Shown: one piece after another, positions 50,051 through 58,405 of the stretch
Position numbering within the stretch: the stretch's first letter is position 1
Layout of the letters: each line of letters opens with the position of its first letter
Assembly (NCBI GenBank): GCA_958448705.1
Contig: CAUDEY010000001.1
Span: forward strand, 177,924 to 241,923
DNA: 64,000 nt
Direction of reading: 5' to 3'
DNA from: an uncultured Clostridia bacterium
GTDB taxonomy: Bacteria > Bacillota > Clostridia > Christensenellales > QALW01
Translations under genes and position numbers: made by a program
The notes under the pieces: model-generated
The model's input: the letters and a program-made list of their open reading frames with translations, nothing else
What the model was told of the DNA's origin: nothing
Databases searched by the model: none

Positions 50051-52885
50051 ATGAAGCGTTATTATGAGGACCCCAAAAAAACGAGCCTGAACAGGCTGAA
50101 GCAGCGATGCTACTACATCCCCGGAGGTCAGGCGGAATACACCTTGCTTAACGGCCTGTGGGATTTTGCCTTTTTTGAAAACGGCGACGCCGCAGGCGAG
50201 CCTGAAAAATGGGATACCATAAAGGTGCCTTCCTGTTGGCAGCTCTCCGGTTACGAGCATCCGAATTACAGCAATATCAACTATCCCTACCCGTGCGATC
50301 CTCCCTATGCGCCGGATATCAATCCCGCAGGAATCTATCAGCGCAATATTACCGTAAACGACACCTCAAAGCAAACATATCTTATTTTGGAAGGGGTATC
50401 TTCCTGTGCGGAAATCTATGTAAACGGTGATTTCGTCGGCTTTACCCAAGGCTCGCATCTTCAGGCAGAATTTGATATCACCGGCTTTGTTCATGCCGGA
50501 ACAAATTCTTTAAGAATCAAAGTATACAAATGGTGCTGCGGCAGTTATTTAGAGGATCAGGACTTTTTCCGCTTCAACGGTATTTTCAGGGATGTATACC
50601 TTCTCTCACGGCCCAAAGGTCATTTGACCGATATTGCGCTTTCTGTAAACGGTAATGACATTCTGATAAAAACCGATCAAAAAACAGAGGTCTCCCTCTA
50701 TGACGGCGAAACGCTGTTAGAGCAGAAAACAATCCATAAAAACGGCAGCTTTACCGTACAAAACCCGAAAAAATGGAATGCAGAACAGCCGAATTTATAC
50801 ACACTGATTTTTAGCTGTGCAGGCGAAGAGATCGTGCAGAAAATCGGTTTCCGTGAAATCACGGTATCCGAAAAGGCCGAACTGCTGATCAACGGCTGCC
50901 CTATCAAGCTGCGGGGCGTCAACCACCACGATACCACCCCGCACGGCGGCTGGTGCATGACTAACGAGGAGCTGTATAAAGACCTGCTGCTGATGAAAGA
51001 ACTCAACATCAACGCCGTGCGCACCTCTCACTATCCGCCCTCTCCGGTCTTTTTAAACTACTGCGACGAACTGGGCTTCTATGTGGTTTTAGAAACAGAT
51101 ATCGAAACGCACGGTATGACGCGCACCGTTCCTAACACTGCAAACTGGGGGCATGCATGGGAGCCGCAGCCGTACTGGCCTTCTCACGATCCTAAGTGGC
51201 GTACCGAAATGGTACAGCGTATGGAACGCGCTTTTGAGCGGGATAAAAACCACTGCAGTATTCTCATGTGGTCTACCGGCAACGAAAGCGGACACGGTCC
51301 GAACCACGAGGCGATGATCCAATGGCTGCGTGAACACGATACCAGCCGCCTGGTGCACTGCGAGGACGCCAGCCGTTTTGAAATGAGCGACCATGCCGAT
51401 GTATATTCCAGAATGTACCTCGCCCCCTCTGTTTTAGAAGAAACCGCCCTGGATGACGTACATACTCAGCCCATTATGCTGTGCGAATATTCCCACGCCA
51501 TGGGTAACGGCCCGGGCGATCTGTGGCAGTACTGGGAAAAGTTTTTAAAATACCCGAATTTGATCGGCGGCTTCATTTGGGAATGGACCGATCACACCGT
51601 GATAGAAAACGGCGTTGCCAAATACGGCGGTGACTTTGAAGGCGAGCTGACCCACGACGGAAACTTTTGCTGCGACGGCCTTACTTTTGCCGATCGCAGC
51701 TTTAAAGCCGGCAGTTATGAAGCCCGTGCCGCTTACGCCCCTTTCCGATTTGAAATCAAAGGCGGAAAAATCCATTACAAAAACTGGTTTGATTTTAACG
51801 ATATGTCCGCCTACGACGTTCGCTACCGTATTACCTGCGACGGCGCCGTTTTAGAGGATAAAACGGTAAAACTGACGGCAAAGCCACGGCAGACAGCCGT
51901 AATAACGCCGGAGCATGCTCTGCCCGAAACTTGCCGTCTCGGGGCTTCGGCGGAGGTATTTTTGCTAAAGGACGGTAAGGAAATCGCCCGGCTGGAGACG
52001 CCCCTTCGGTGCAGAATCCTGCCGCAGGAGCTTCCCAAAACGCTTTGTCCGCTTACCGAAGATGATTTTCATATTTACGCCCGCGGCGAACGTTTTTCCT
52101 ATGCTTTCTCAAAGCAATACGGCTGCTTTGACAGCATTGTAATCAGCGGCAAGGAACAGCTGCAGGCACCGGGTAAAGTAACAGCTTTCCACGCTCCTAC
52201 GGACAATGACCGTCACATGGTCCCATTCTGGATGTTTATAAACATTTGGCAGGGAGAGAATTTGGATCGTGAATTTCAAAAGACCTATACCGCCGAAATC
52301 AAGGACGGAATGATTCAGGTAAAGGCCAGTGTAGCGGGCGTTTCCCATCGGCCGTACTTCCGGTATGGGTTAAGCGTCTCCATCTTTGCCGACGGCACCA
52401 TAAGGTTTCATATGCGGGGCAATATTGCCGAAACCACGCCGTTTCTGCCCCGCCTCGGCTTTGAATTCAAGCTGCCGAAAGAAAACAATGCGTTCCGCTA
52501 TTTCGGCTATGGGCCTTTGGAGAGCTACTGTGATATGCTGCACCATGCCGCGCTGTCTTACCACGAAAACACGGCGCAAAAGGAATATGTTCCTTATGTA
52601 TACCCCCAAGAGCACGGAAATCATACCGGCGTAAAACAGCTTGAGATCGGTGCCATGATATTTACCTGTGAAAAGGGTATGGATATCAATGTTTCCCAGT
52701 ATTCTGCACACCAGCTGTACCAGGCAAAGCATACCGACGAGATCGGTGAAAGCGACGGTGTTTATTTGCATCTGGATTATAAGCACTCCGGCCTCGGCTC
52801 TAATTCCTGTGGACCAAAAATCCCGCCCGAATTTTCTTTAAGCGAAAAGCACATTGATTTTGCATTCACTATGGCAATCCGCTGA
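50051..52885 (+). CDS. GH2 beta-galactosidase (LacZ-like)
   Basis: NAVRTSHYPP, WSTGNESG, CEYSHAMGN and a C-terminal small-chain domain. ATG 50051 follows GGAGG. Confidence 0.85.
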   Translation: MKRYYEDPKKTSLNRLKQRCYYIPGGQAEYTLLNGLWDFAFFENGDAAGEPEKWDTIKVPSCWQLSGYEHPNYSNINYPYPCDPPYAPDINPAGIYQRNITVNDTSKQTYLILEGVSSCAEIYVNGDFVGFTQGSHLQAEFDITGFVHAGTNSLRIKVYKWCCGSYLEDQDFFRFNGIFRDVYLLSRPKGHLTDIALSVNGNDILIKTDQKTEVSLYDGETLLEQKTIHKNGSFTVQNPKKWNAEQPNLYTLIFSCAGEEIVQKIGFREITVSEKAELLINGCPIKLRGVNHHDTTPHGGWCMTNEELYKDLLLMKELNINAVRTSHYPPSPVFLNYCDELGFYVVLETDIETHGMTRTVPNTANWGHAWEPQPYWPSHDPKWRTEMVQRMERAFERDKNHCSILMWSTGNESGHGPNHEAMIQWLREHDTSRLVHCEDASRFEMSDHADVYSRMYLAPSVLEETALDDVHTQPIMLCEYSHAMGNGPGDLWQYWEKFLKYPNLIGGFIWEWTDHTVIENGVAKYGGDFEGELTHDGNFCCDGLTFADRSFKAGSYEARAAYAPFRFEIKGGKIHYKNWFDFNDMSAYDVRYRITCDGAVLEDKTVKLTAKPRQTAVITPEHALPETCRLGASAEVFLLKDGKEIARLETPLRCRILPQELPKTLCPLTEDDFHIYARGERFSYAFSKQYGCFDSIVISGKEQLQAPGKVTAFHAPTDNDRHMVPFWMFINIWQGENLDREFQKTYTAEIKDGMIQVKASVAGVSHRPYFRYGLSVSIFADGTIRFHMRGNIAETTPFLPRLGFEFKLPKENNAFRYFGYGPLESYCDMLHHAALSYHENTAQKEYVPYVYPQEHGNHTGVKQLEIGAMIFTCEKGMDINVSQYSAHQLYQAKHTDEIGESDGVYLHLDYKHSGLGSNSCGPKIPPEFSLSEKHIDFAFTMAIR

Positions 52886-52890
52886 ACAAA

Positions 52891-52927
52891 AAAATCCGAT
52901 CTTCAAATGGAGATCGGATTTTTTATT
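52891..52927 (+). terminator. intrinsic terminator
   Basis: AAAATCCGATCT-TCAAATGG-AGATCGGATTTT followed by a T-run. Confidence 0.8.
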
Positions 52928-53060
52928 TTCTGTTAAAAAACACTCTATTTCAGTATCAATGAAAAAATTTGGATATAAAACAGCGATTTTATAATTTTTT
53001 TCATTTTTTTGGATTCTTCCTCATATATTTTAACAAATCTTGTGAGGAGTGTGACCTTAT

Positions 53061-53342
53061 ATGGCATTTTGCAACGGAATTTTTGGAAATTGTCAGAATT
53101 GTGACAACGGGTGCAGCACCTGCGGCAATTTTGATCCGTCCAGTCTCTTATTTTTCTTTTTGATCCTTCTGCTGCTTTCCGGAAGCAATGGCTGCTTTAA
53201 TGATTGCAACAGCTTATTGTTTTTCTTCCTGCTGTTAGCATTGCTGTTTACTGATAACAGCTGTAATACCAACAACTGCAGTACAAATGGCTGCAATACA
53301 AACGGAAACTGCAATAATTTTAACAATTGCGGTACCTGTTAA
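53061..53342 (+). CDS. tiny Cys/Asn-rich protein with two hydrophobic helices (same architecture as 18049-18264)
   Basis: RBS GAGGAG. Sequence: MAFCNGIFGNCQNCDNGCSTCGNFDPSS-LLFFFLILLLL-SGSNGCFNDCNS-LLFFFLLLALLF-TDNSCNTNNCSTNGCNTNGNCNNFNNCGTC. Confidence 0.55.
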   Translation: MAFCNGIFGNCQNCDNGCSTCGNFDPSSLLFFFLILLLLSGSNGCFNDCNSLLFFFLLLALLFTDNSCNTNNCSTNGCNTNGNCNNFNNCGTC

Positions 53343-53374
53343 CCTTTTACATGCATGCGTGATATTTATGGATA

Positions 53375-53405
53375 AAATCCACCCAAGGTGGATTTTATTT
53401 TTTAG
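53375..53405 (+). terminator. intrinsic terminator
   Basis: AAAATCCACC-CAA-GGTGGATTTT followed by ATTTTTT. Confidence 0.8.
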
Positions 53406-53452
53406 AAGAGATGTATAATACGATATGGACATTGTTTTCAGTATGTTTTTGC

Positions 53453-53485
53453 AAAAAAAAATGAGAGTGCATTTTACACTCTCAT
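53453..53485 (-). terminator. intrinsic terminator of the SGNH/GH99-like operon
   Basis: Minus strand: ATGAGAGTG-TAAAATG-CACTCTCAT followed by TTTTTTTT. Confidence 0.75.
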
Positions 53486-53546
53486 GGTATTAAAATAATT
53501 TTAATGTTTTTTATTTACAAAAAATGCTGAAAAACAGAGTCATATG

Positions 53547-54560
53547 TTATTCGATTTTTTGGTTTTGCTTGGTCAGAATTTTTTGTATTACCGGACAGAT
53601 GCATTTTGCCATTCTATACATTCCTAAATCATTGGGATGAATCGTATCTGCTGTGCAAGCGTCGCGGTTATCTGTACCGAAAAGCATTTCACCATCGATA
53701 AAATAAACGTTTTTATCGTTCTTTTCCACTGCATTCTGATAGGTTTTTCGAATAATCTCTCTGCGGATAGGCGCGTCTCCGTAATCAAAGTTCGGCCTGG
53801 TAAGAAGCACGACAGGCAGTTTGCTGTCGTGTTCCCTTATCCGTTTAAAAAAAGGCTCATGTGTTTGCTGTAAATGCTCAACACTGGGAGAATTATGATC
53901 ATAATCCATCACTAATATACTTTTGGGAATCGTATTGATGTAATCAGCCATAGCAAGTTCGCCGCGGGCCGAACCGGAAAATCCAAAATTATAGTAATCC
54001 GTATCCAGCCAACGGGAAATAAAGGCGTTATACGCGTTAGCCGGTTTACTGCAGCAGCCGCCCTCAGTGATGGAGGAACCATAATATAAAATCGGCAAAG
54101 AATAGCGATAAGGAGTAGGAGGTTCGAGATATGCATCGTCCTCAAGTCCTATTATAATATCGGTAATCACTTCATTGCGCGGCAGAAAGATCGTTATATC
54201 CTCCATCCTTGCGCTTTTTTTGACCTCGCCGGCAGCTTCAGCCGTATAATAATTGACGGGACGAATAAGACCGATATAATCGGCCGACTGCATAGGTCCG
54301 GCAAATACATTAGCGCTTTGTGCGGACATCAGTGACATTCCTACATCTGGTGTAAGCTTTTCAAATTTTACGCAGAGACTTATTCTTTTCGAATTTGTGC
54401 GGAAACGAAGTCTTGCCCCCGGGCAGCGCCGGCCAAGGTCCTTTAAAGAAGGAAGCCTTTCGCGCACCGAGGCAGGAAGCCTTTCCAGCATACCGCTTTT
54501 TTTAAAAAGCGGTACGCCGTAAATTTCAAAGGGCTCTTCTCTAAAACAATATTCTTTCAT
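53547..54560 (-). CDS. SGNH/GDSL-family hydrolase (carbohydrate esterase-like)
   Basis: Block I YYGSSITEG. Block V DTIHPND. No signal peptide. Confidence 0.7.
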   Translation of the reverse strand: MKEYCFREEPFEIYGVPLFKKSGMLERLPASVRERLPSLKDLGRRCPGARLRFRTNSKRISLCVKFEKLTPDVGMSLMSAQSANVFAGPMQSADYIGLIRPVNYYTAEAAGEVKKSARMEDITIFLPRNEVITDIIIGLEDDAYLEPPTPYRYSLPILYYGSSITEGGCCSKPANAYNAFISRWLDTDYYNFGFSGSARGELAMADYINTIPKSILVMDYDHNSPSVEHLQQTHEPFFKRIREHDSKLPVVLLTRPNFDYGDAPIRREIIRKTYQNAVEKNDKNVYFIDGEMLFGTDNRDACTADTIHPNDLGMYRMAKCICPVIQKILTKQNQKIE

Positions 54561-54606
54561 TTATTTATCCTGTATCTATTAATTATGCAAGGATGCACAT
54601 ATGTTA

Positions 54607-55698
54607 TTATTTTGTGCCGAATACCTTTTTAATGGCTTCTAAGTACCCGTAACCATATTTTTTCTCCGGCTCCAAATAGCCACCCTCCGTCCATTCATTC
54701 CAGGCATACAAGGTCACGATCTTATTGCGGTTTTTGCCGGCATCCAAAAAATCCTTACTCATCTGCAGAGCCTTTTCAAATTCCTCGGGGGTATTCTCAC
54801 TCATGATCGTACAATAATAGCCACCGTTGGGATCCGCCACATATTCTTCCTGCGGATCAAAGCGTCCGCTGGAATCCCACCCCATAGAAACATTGGGATA
54901 ATATTCAACTGAGAACGTATTTCTAAACTTTTCCCAATAGGGGACTGCACCGTCACGCCAATCAGCATACGGCGCATAAAGCGGTGCCTTAGGTACAAAG
55001 TTATGAATCCACACATAACTGGTAACACTATCCCCTTTGCAGATCTCCACAGCTTTATTTTTATCGCTTCCGGTCAATGCCTCATTCTGCAATCCCCATT
55101 CTACAAAGTTTATATGCAGCTTATACCCCTTAGCTGCCGCCTTTTTGCGGAACGACTCGATGGCCTCAGCCGCCTGCTGCATACCGCCTAACCCTTTTAC
55201 AAATGTAGAAAGTTCATACAGGGAAAAATACTTGCCTCCGTCCACCTCCCAATATTCCGGCAGGTGAAAATAATTTTCAATCACATAATCTGTCAGCAGT
55301 TCCCACCGCTCACGGGAAAGTTCCCGGTGATTGCACAGCATCAAACCGAATTTCATTCTGCTTCTGTTTTTAGCCTTTAAAAAACCTTTTTCCAGGGCAG
55401 AATGCAAAAATTTACCGGTATCCTCTCCATTCATATCCCAGTACCAGTCATAAATAAACACATCGATTCCATGGTCTGCCGCCGCGTCAATTTGAATTTC
55501 ACTGGTTTTAGGATCGGATTCATCCAAATATCCCCACACAGGAACTTTAGGCTGGTTATGTCCGGGAAAACGAGGAACGGCATGTTTTAACACGTCCCAC
55601 TCGCTCCAATCTCTGCTTTTGCCCAGCAATTCCTCATGCTGAGGATCATGATGCCACTGGGGAAAGTAATAGGCTGCTACTGTATATTCTCTTTTCAT
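54607..55698 (-). CDS. GH99-like / WbsX-like domain protein (paralog B)
   Basis: ATG 55698 lies 1 nt after the upstream stop. N-terminus MKREYTVAAYYFPQWH. C-terminus LYAWNEWTEGGYLEPEKKYGYGYLEAIKKVFG. Confidence 0.7.
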   Translation of the reverse strand: MKREYTVAAYYFPQWHHDPQHEELLGKSRDWSEWDVLKHAVPRFPGHNQPKVPVWGYLDESDPKTSEIQIDAAADHGIDVFIYDWYWDMNGEDTGKFLHSALEKGFLKAKNRSRMKFGLMLCNHRELSRERWELLTDYVIENYFHLPEYWEVDGGKYFSLYELSTFVKGLGGMQQAAEAIESFRKKAAAKGYKLHINFVEWGLQNEALTGSDKNKAVEICKGDSVTSYVWIHNFVPKAPLYAPYADWRDGAVPYWEKFRNTFSVEYYPNVSMGWDSSGRFDPQEEYVADPNGGYYCTIMSENTPEEFEKALQMSKDFLDAGKNRNKIVTLYAWNEWTEGGYLEPEKKYGYGYLEAIKKVFGTK

Positions 55699-55699
55699 A

Positions 55700-56791
55700 T
55701 CAGTTCTCTCCAAACACACTTTTTATCGCTTCCAAATACCCGTATCCGTTTACCGAATCCGGCTCTAAATAGCCGCCCTCGGTCCACTCGTTCCAGGCAT
55801 ATAGCGTTACAATTTTATTTTTGGGATTGGTATCATCCATATGACGCTTAGCCGCCAGCAAAGCACGCCGAAATTCCTCCGGCGTATTGTTTTTAATAAT
55901 GGAGGAAAAATACGGCGTATGCTGAATTTCATATTCTCCCGAAAGAGTATGATACATCAGCGGGCCGCCCTCATAATACTTCATAGTTTCCGGACAGCGC
56001 GGTGAAGGATCCCAGCCCATAGAAACATGCGTATGATACGGTACCGGATATTTTTGTTCAATCTTCTTCATCTCTTCATAGGCACTCTCTGCCCACTCGC
56101 TGTAATCGCCGCAGGGCCACTGGGGAACGGTATTGTGCGCCCAAACATAACTTGTAAGCGCATCGATGCCCAGCTTTTCAACCAGTTCCTTAGGATCCAG
56201 TTCCTTGCAGCAGAACTCCTGCAGTCCCCACTCCACCGCTACTAAATGAATCTTTAAGCCTGCGTCCGCGGCCTTTTGGCGGAAAATCTGCAGCAGCTCA
56301 GCGGCTTTTTCCACCCCGCCCCAGGCATGCACATGTTTACCCAGTTCATAAATGGAATAATAGCAGGCACCGTCCACTTTCCAGTAGTTAGGCTGCTTGA
56401 AGTATTCGTTAATAATATAATCAAACATTCCCAAGGTATCGTCATAATCCTTTGCGCCGCCGCACTGCATCAGGCCGAATTTCAGCCGGCTACGGCTGGG
56501 AGCCTTTAGGAACTGCTCCAGAACGGTATTATTCCCCCGATAGCCCCAGTCAAAAATAAACGCCGTAAGGCCGTGATCAGCCGCAGTATTGATCTGGAGC
56601 TCCACCGTATCCATTTGAGAATCGTCCAAATATCCCCACATGGGAATTTTGGGCTGCGCATGCCCCGGAAAACGGGGAATCGCACGCTTGGTATATTCCC
56701 ACTCCGTCCATCCCTTACCGCGCTTTATATCATTGTATTCTGTAGGATGCCAGTTGGACCAATGATAACAAGCTACATCATATTTTGCCAT
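55700..56791 (-). CDS. GH99-like / WbsX-like domain protein (paralog C)
   Basis: N-terminus MAKYDVACYHWSNWH. C-terminus LYAWNEWTEGGYLEPDSVNGYGYLEAIKSVFG. Confidence 0.7.
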   Translation of the reverse strand: MAKYDVACYHWSNWHPTEYNDIKRGKGWTEWEYTKRAIPRFPGHAQPKIPMWGYLDDSQMDTVELQINTAADHGLTAFIFDWGYRGNNTVLEQFLKAPSRSRLKFGLMQCGGAKDYDDTLGMFDYIINEYFKQPNYWKVDGACYYSIYELGKHVHAWGGVEKAAELLQIFRQKAADAGLKIHLVAVEWGLQEFCCKELDPKELVEKLGIDALTSYVWAHNTVPQWPCGDYSEWAESAYEEMKKIEQKYPVPYHTHVSMGWDPSPRCPETMKYYEGGPLMYHTLSGEYEIQHTPYFSSIIKNNTPEEFRRALLAAKRHMDDTNPKNKIVTLYAWNEWTEGGYLEPDSVNGYGYLEAIKSVFGEN

Positions 56792-56855
56792 AAGTAGTTA
56801 CCGCCTTTTTTCTTAATTTGCTGCCGGAACCATTCCTCCCGCAGCACCTTTCCTT

Positions 56856-56884
56856 ATTGTAAGAGTTCAAACCGGGAAAGTCAA
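56856..56884 (-). promoter_or_regulatory. promoter of the GH99-like/SGNH operon
   Basis: Minus strand: TTGACT, 17 nt, TACAAT. Confidence 0.55.
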
Positions 56885-57051
56885 TAGGCAATCGATATTT
56901 TTTTAAAATTTTTTATTTTTAAAATCCATAATCCTTCTGTCTTGAAAAGACAGCCTGTTTTCTCCAAAAATAAAACTTCCTTAAAAAAGGAAGTTTCAAA
57001 AGCATCCGAATTCTTGCCGCATTACCTGGGAAAGAGCTCTTTAAGCCGTAG

Positions 57052-58278
57052 TCACTCTTCCAGCCCTAAGCGGCGCAGCGCGTGCAGGAAATAGAGCATA
57101 CAGCTGGAATACCACTGGGAACACTCGGAAGGCTCGCCTGTTATCGGGTGCAGCTCCTGTCCAAAGCGAAGAATATCCTCCCGGCACCAAGCGGAGATCC
57201 ATGCACGCATCATGCGGTTCATCTCTTCTCCGCGGCCGTAAAAATCCATCCAGCGCAAAGAACGCAGCGCCACCAATCCCTGAGAATAAAAACCCCAGGA
57301 ATTTCCTTTATGCCGCTGCTGCCAGGTCGGATCGGAAATAGAAACGGACGGAAACGGATATGGCGTACCGAACTCCTTTGAGTTAGCCAAATACCGGACA
57401 TAAATTTCATCCGCCAGATCTTTTTCCAATACATGTTCACAAAACAAGGAAGTAATCGAAATACTCTTTACCGGTATTTTATGCTCATGCTTATCCACAT
57501 CGTAAAAGAAACAGGTTTTCGGGTCAAAACAAATCTCCAAAAGTCTCTGCTTTACTTCCTCGGCTTTTTTCTCCCACGCAGCGGCCTCATCAAATCTTTT
57601 CAATTCTCTTGCCATATGTGCCAGCGCCCGCCGGGAACCATAAAATACGGCGTTAATATCCGGTGCGATAACCGGCGCGCAATCACAGCCTATCGGATAT
57701 CCCTCCGGCAGGTTTTCTGCCTTCTCCCGGCAGGGACCTGTAGGATACTTCATATTCCAAAGACGGCTGCTGTTATCATGGCCGCTGTCAAAACCGCAGA
57801 ACATCTCCACCAGCCCTGTTTCGCGGGTCATACGATTGCGGCAAAGCCATTCATCCCACCGGCAGCAGGAGGTATAATACGCCCCCAAATCCTCCTGCGG
57901 GTTCATCTGCCAAGCCTCATAGCACAGCGATGCAAAGGAAACGCACTCCTGCAGCTGGGTATAGAATACGTGGATTTCATTTCTCCCCTCCAAAATACTA
58001 TCGTCAATAATATTGCAGGGAAGGCGGCCGTCCTCGCGCTGGTGCTCCATAAAAAAGCGAACCTGCGAAGCGGCGATATCCGCATCCTCGGGATACAGCT
58101 GTGCCCAAGCCAGTGCATCAAAGGTATGCTCCAGCCAATAGCCGGGATATGTAGTGGAAATAAGAAAAAGCCGTCCATTATGCTGAGGAATCCGACGAAG
58201 ATGCTCCTTTCTGATACGCTCCAACACCATTTTTCGGTATGGTGCAACCATTTCCGGTGTAATTAACTGTTTTTCCAT
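57052..58278 (-). CDS. (alpha/alpha)6-barrel glycoside hydrolase-like protein (GH63/MGH1/trehalase-like)
   Basis: ATG 58278 follows AAGGAGG. The GYWLEHTFDA and REDGRLP regions are typical of six-hairpin glycosidases (from memory). Confidence 0.5.
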   Translation of the reverse strand: MEKQLITPEMVAPYRKMVLERIRKEHLRRIPQHNGRLFLISTTYPGYWLEHTFDALAWAQLYPEDADIAASQVRFFMEHQREDGRLPCNIIDDSILEGRNEIHVFYTQLQECVSFASLCYEAWQMNPQEDLGAYYTSCCRWDEWLCRNRMTRETGLVEMFCGFDSGHDNSSRLWNMKYPTGPCREKAENLPEGYPIGCDCAPVIAPDINAVFYGSRRALAHMARELKRFDEAAAWEKKAEEVKQRLLEICFDPKTCFFYDVDKHEHKIPVKSISITSLFCEHVLEKDLADEIYVRYLANSKEFGTPYPFPSVSISDPTWQQRHKGNSWGFYSQGLVALRSLRWMDFYGRGEEMNRMMRAWISAWCREDILRFGQELHPITGEPSECSQWYSSCMLYFLHALRRLGLEE

Positions 58279-58354
58279 TGCAGCCTCCTTTATGTAAATA
58301 AAAATAAAATAGCCACGATTTAGGGCAATTTTTGCCAATATCGGCAGAATCCGT

Positions 58355-58396
58355 AAAAAGTCAAGGCCTCCGGCTTTATCTGCCGGCGGTCTTGAC
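58355..58396 (-). terminator. clpB terminator
   Basis: Minus strand: GTCAAGACCGCCGGCA-GATAAA-GCCGGAGGCCTTGAC followed by TTTTT. Confidence 0.75.
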
Positions 58397-58405
58397 TGCC
58401 TGAAC

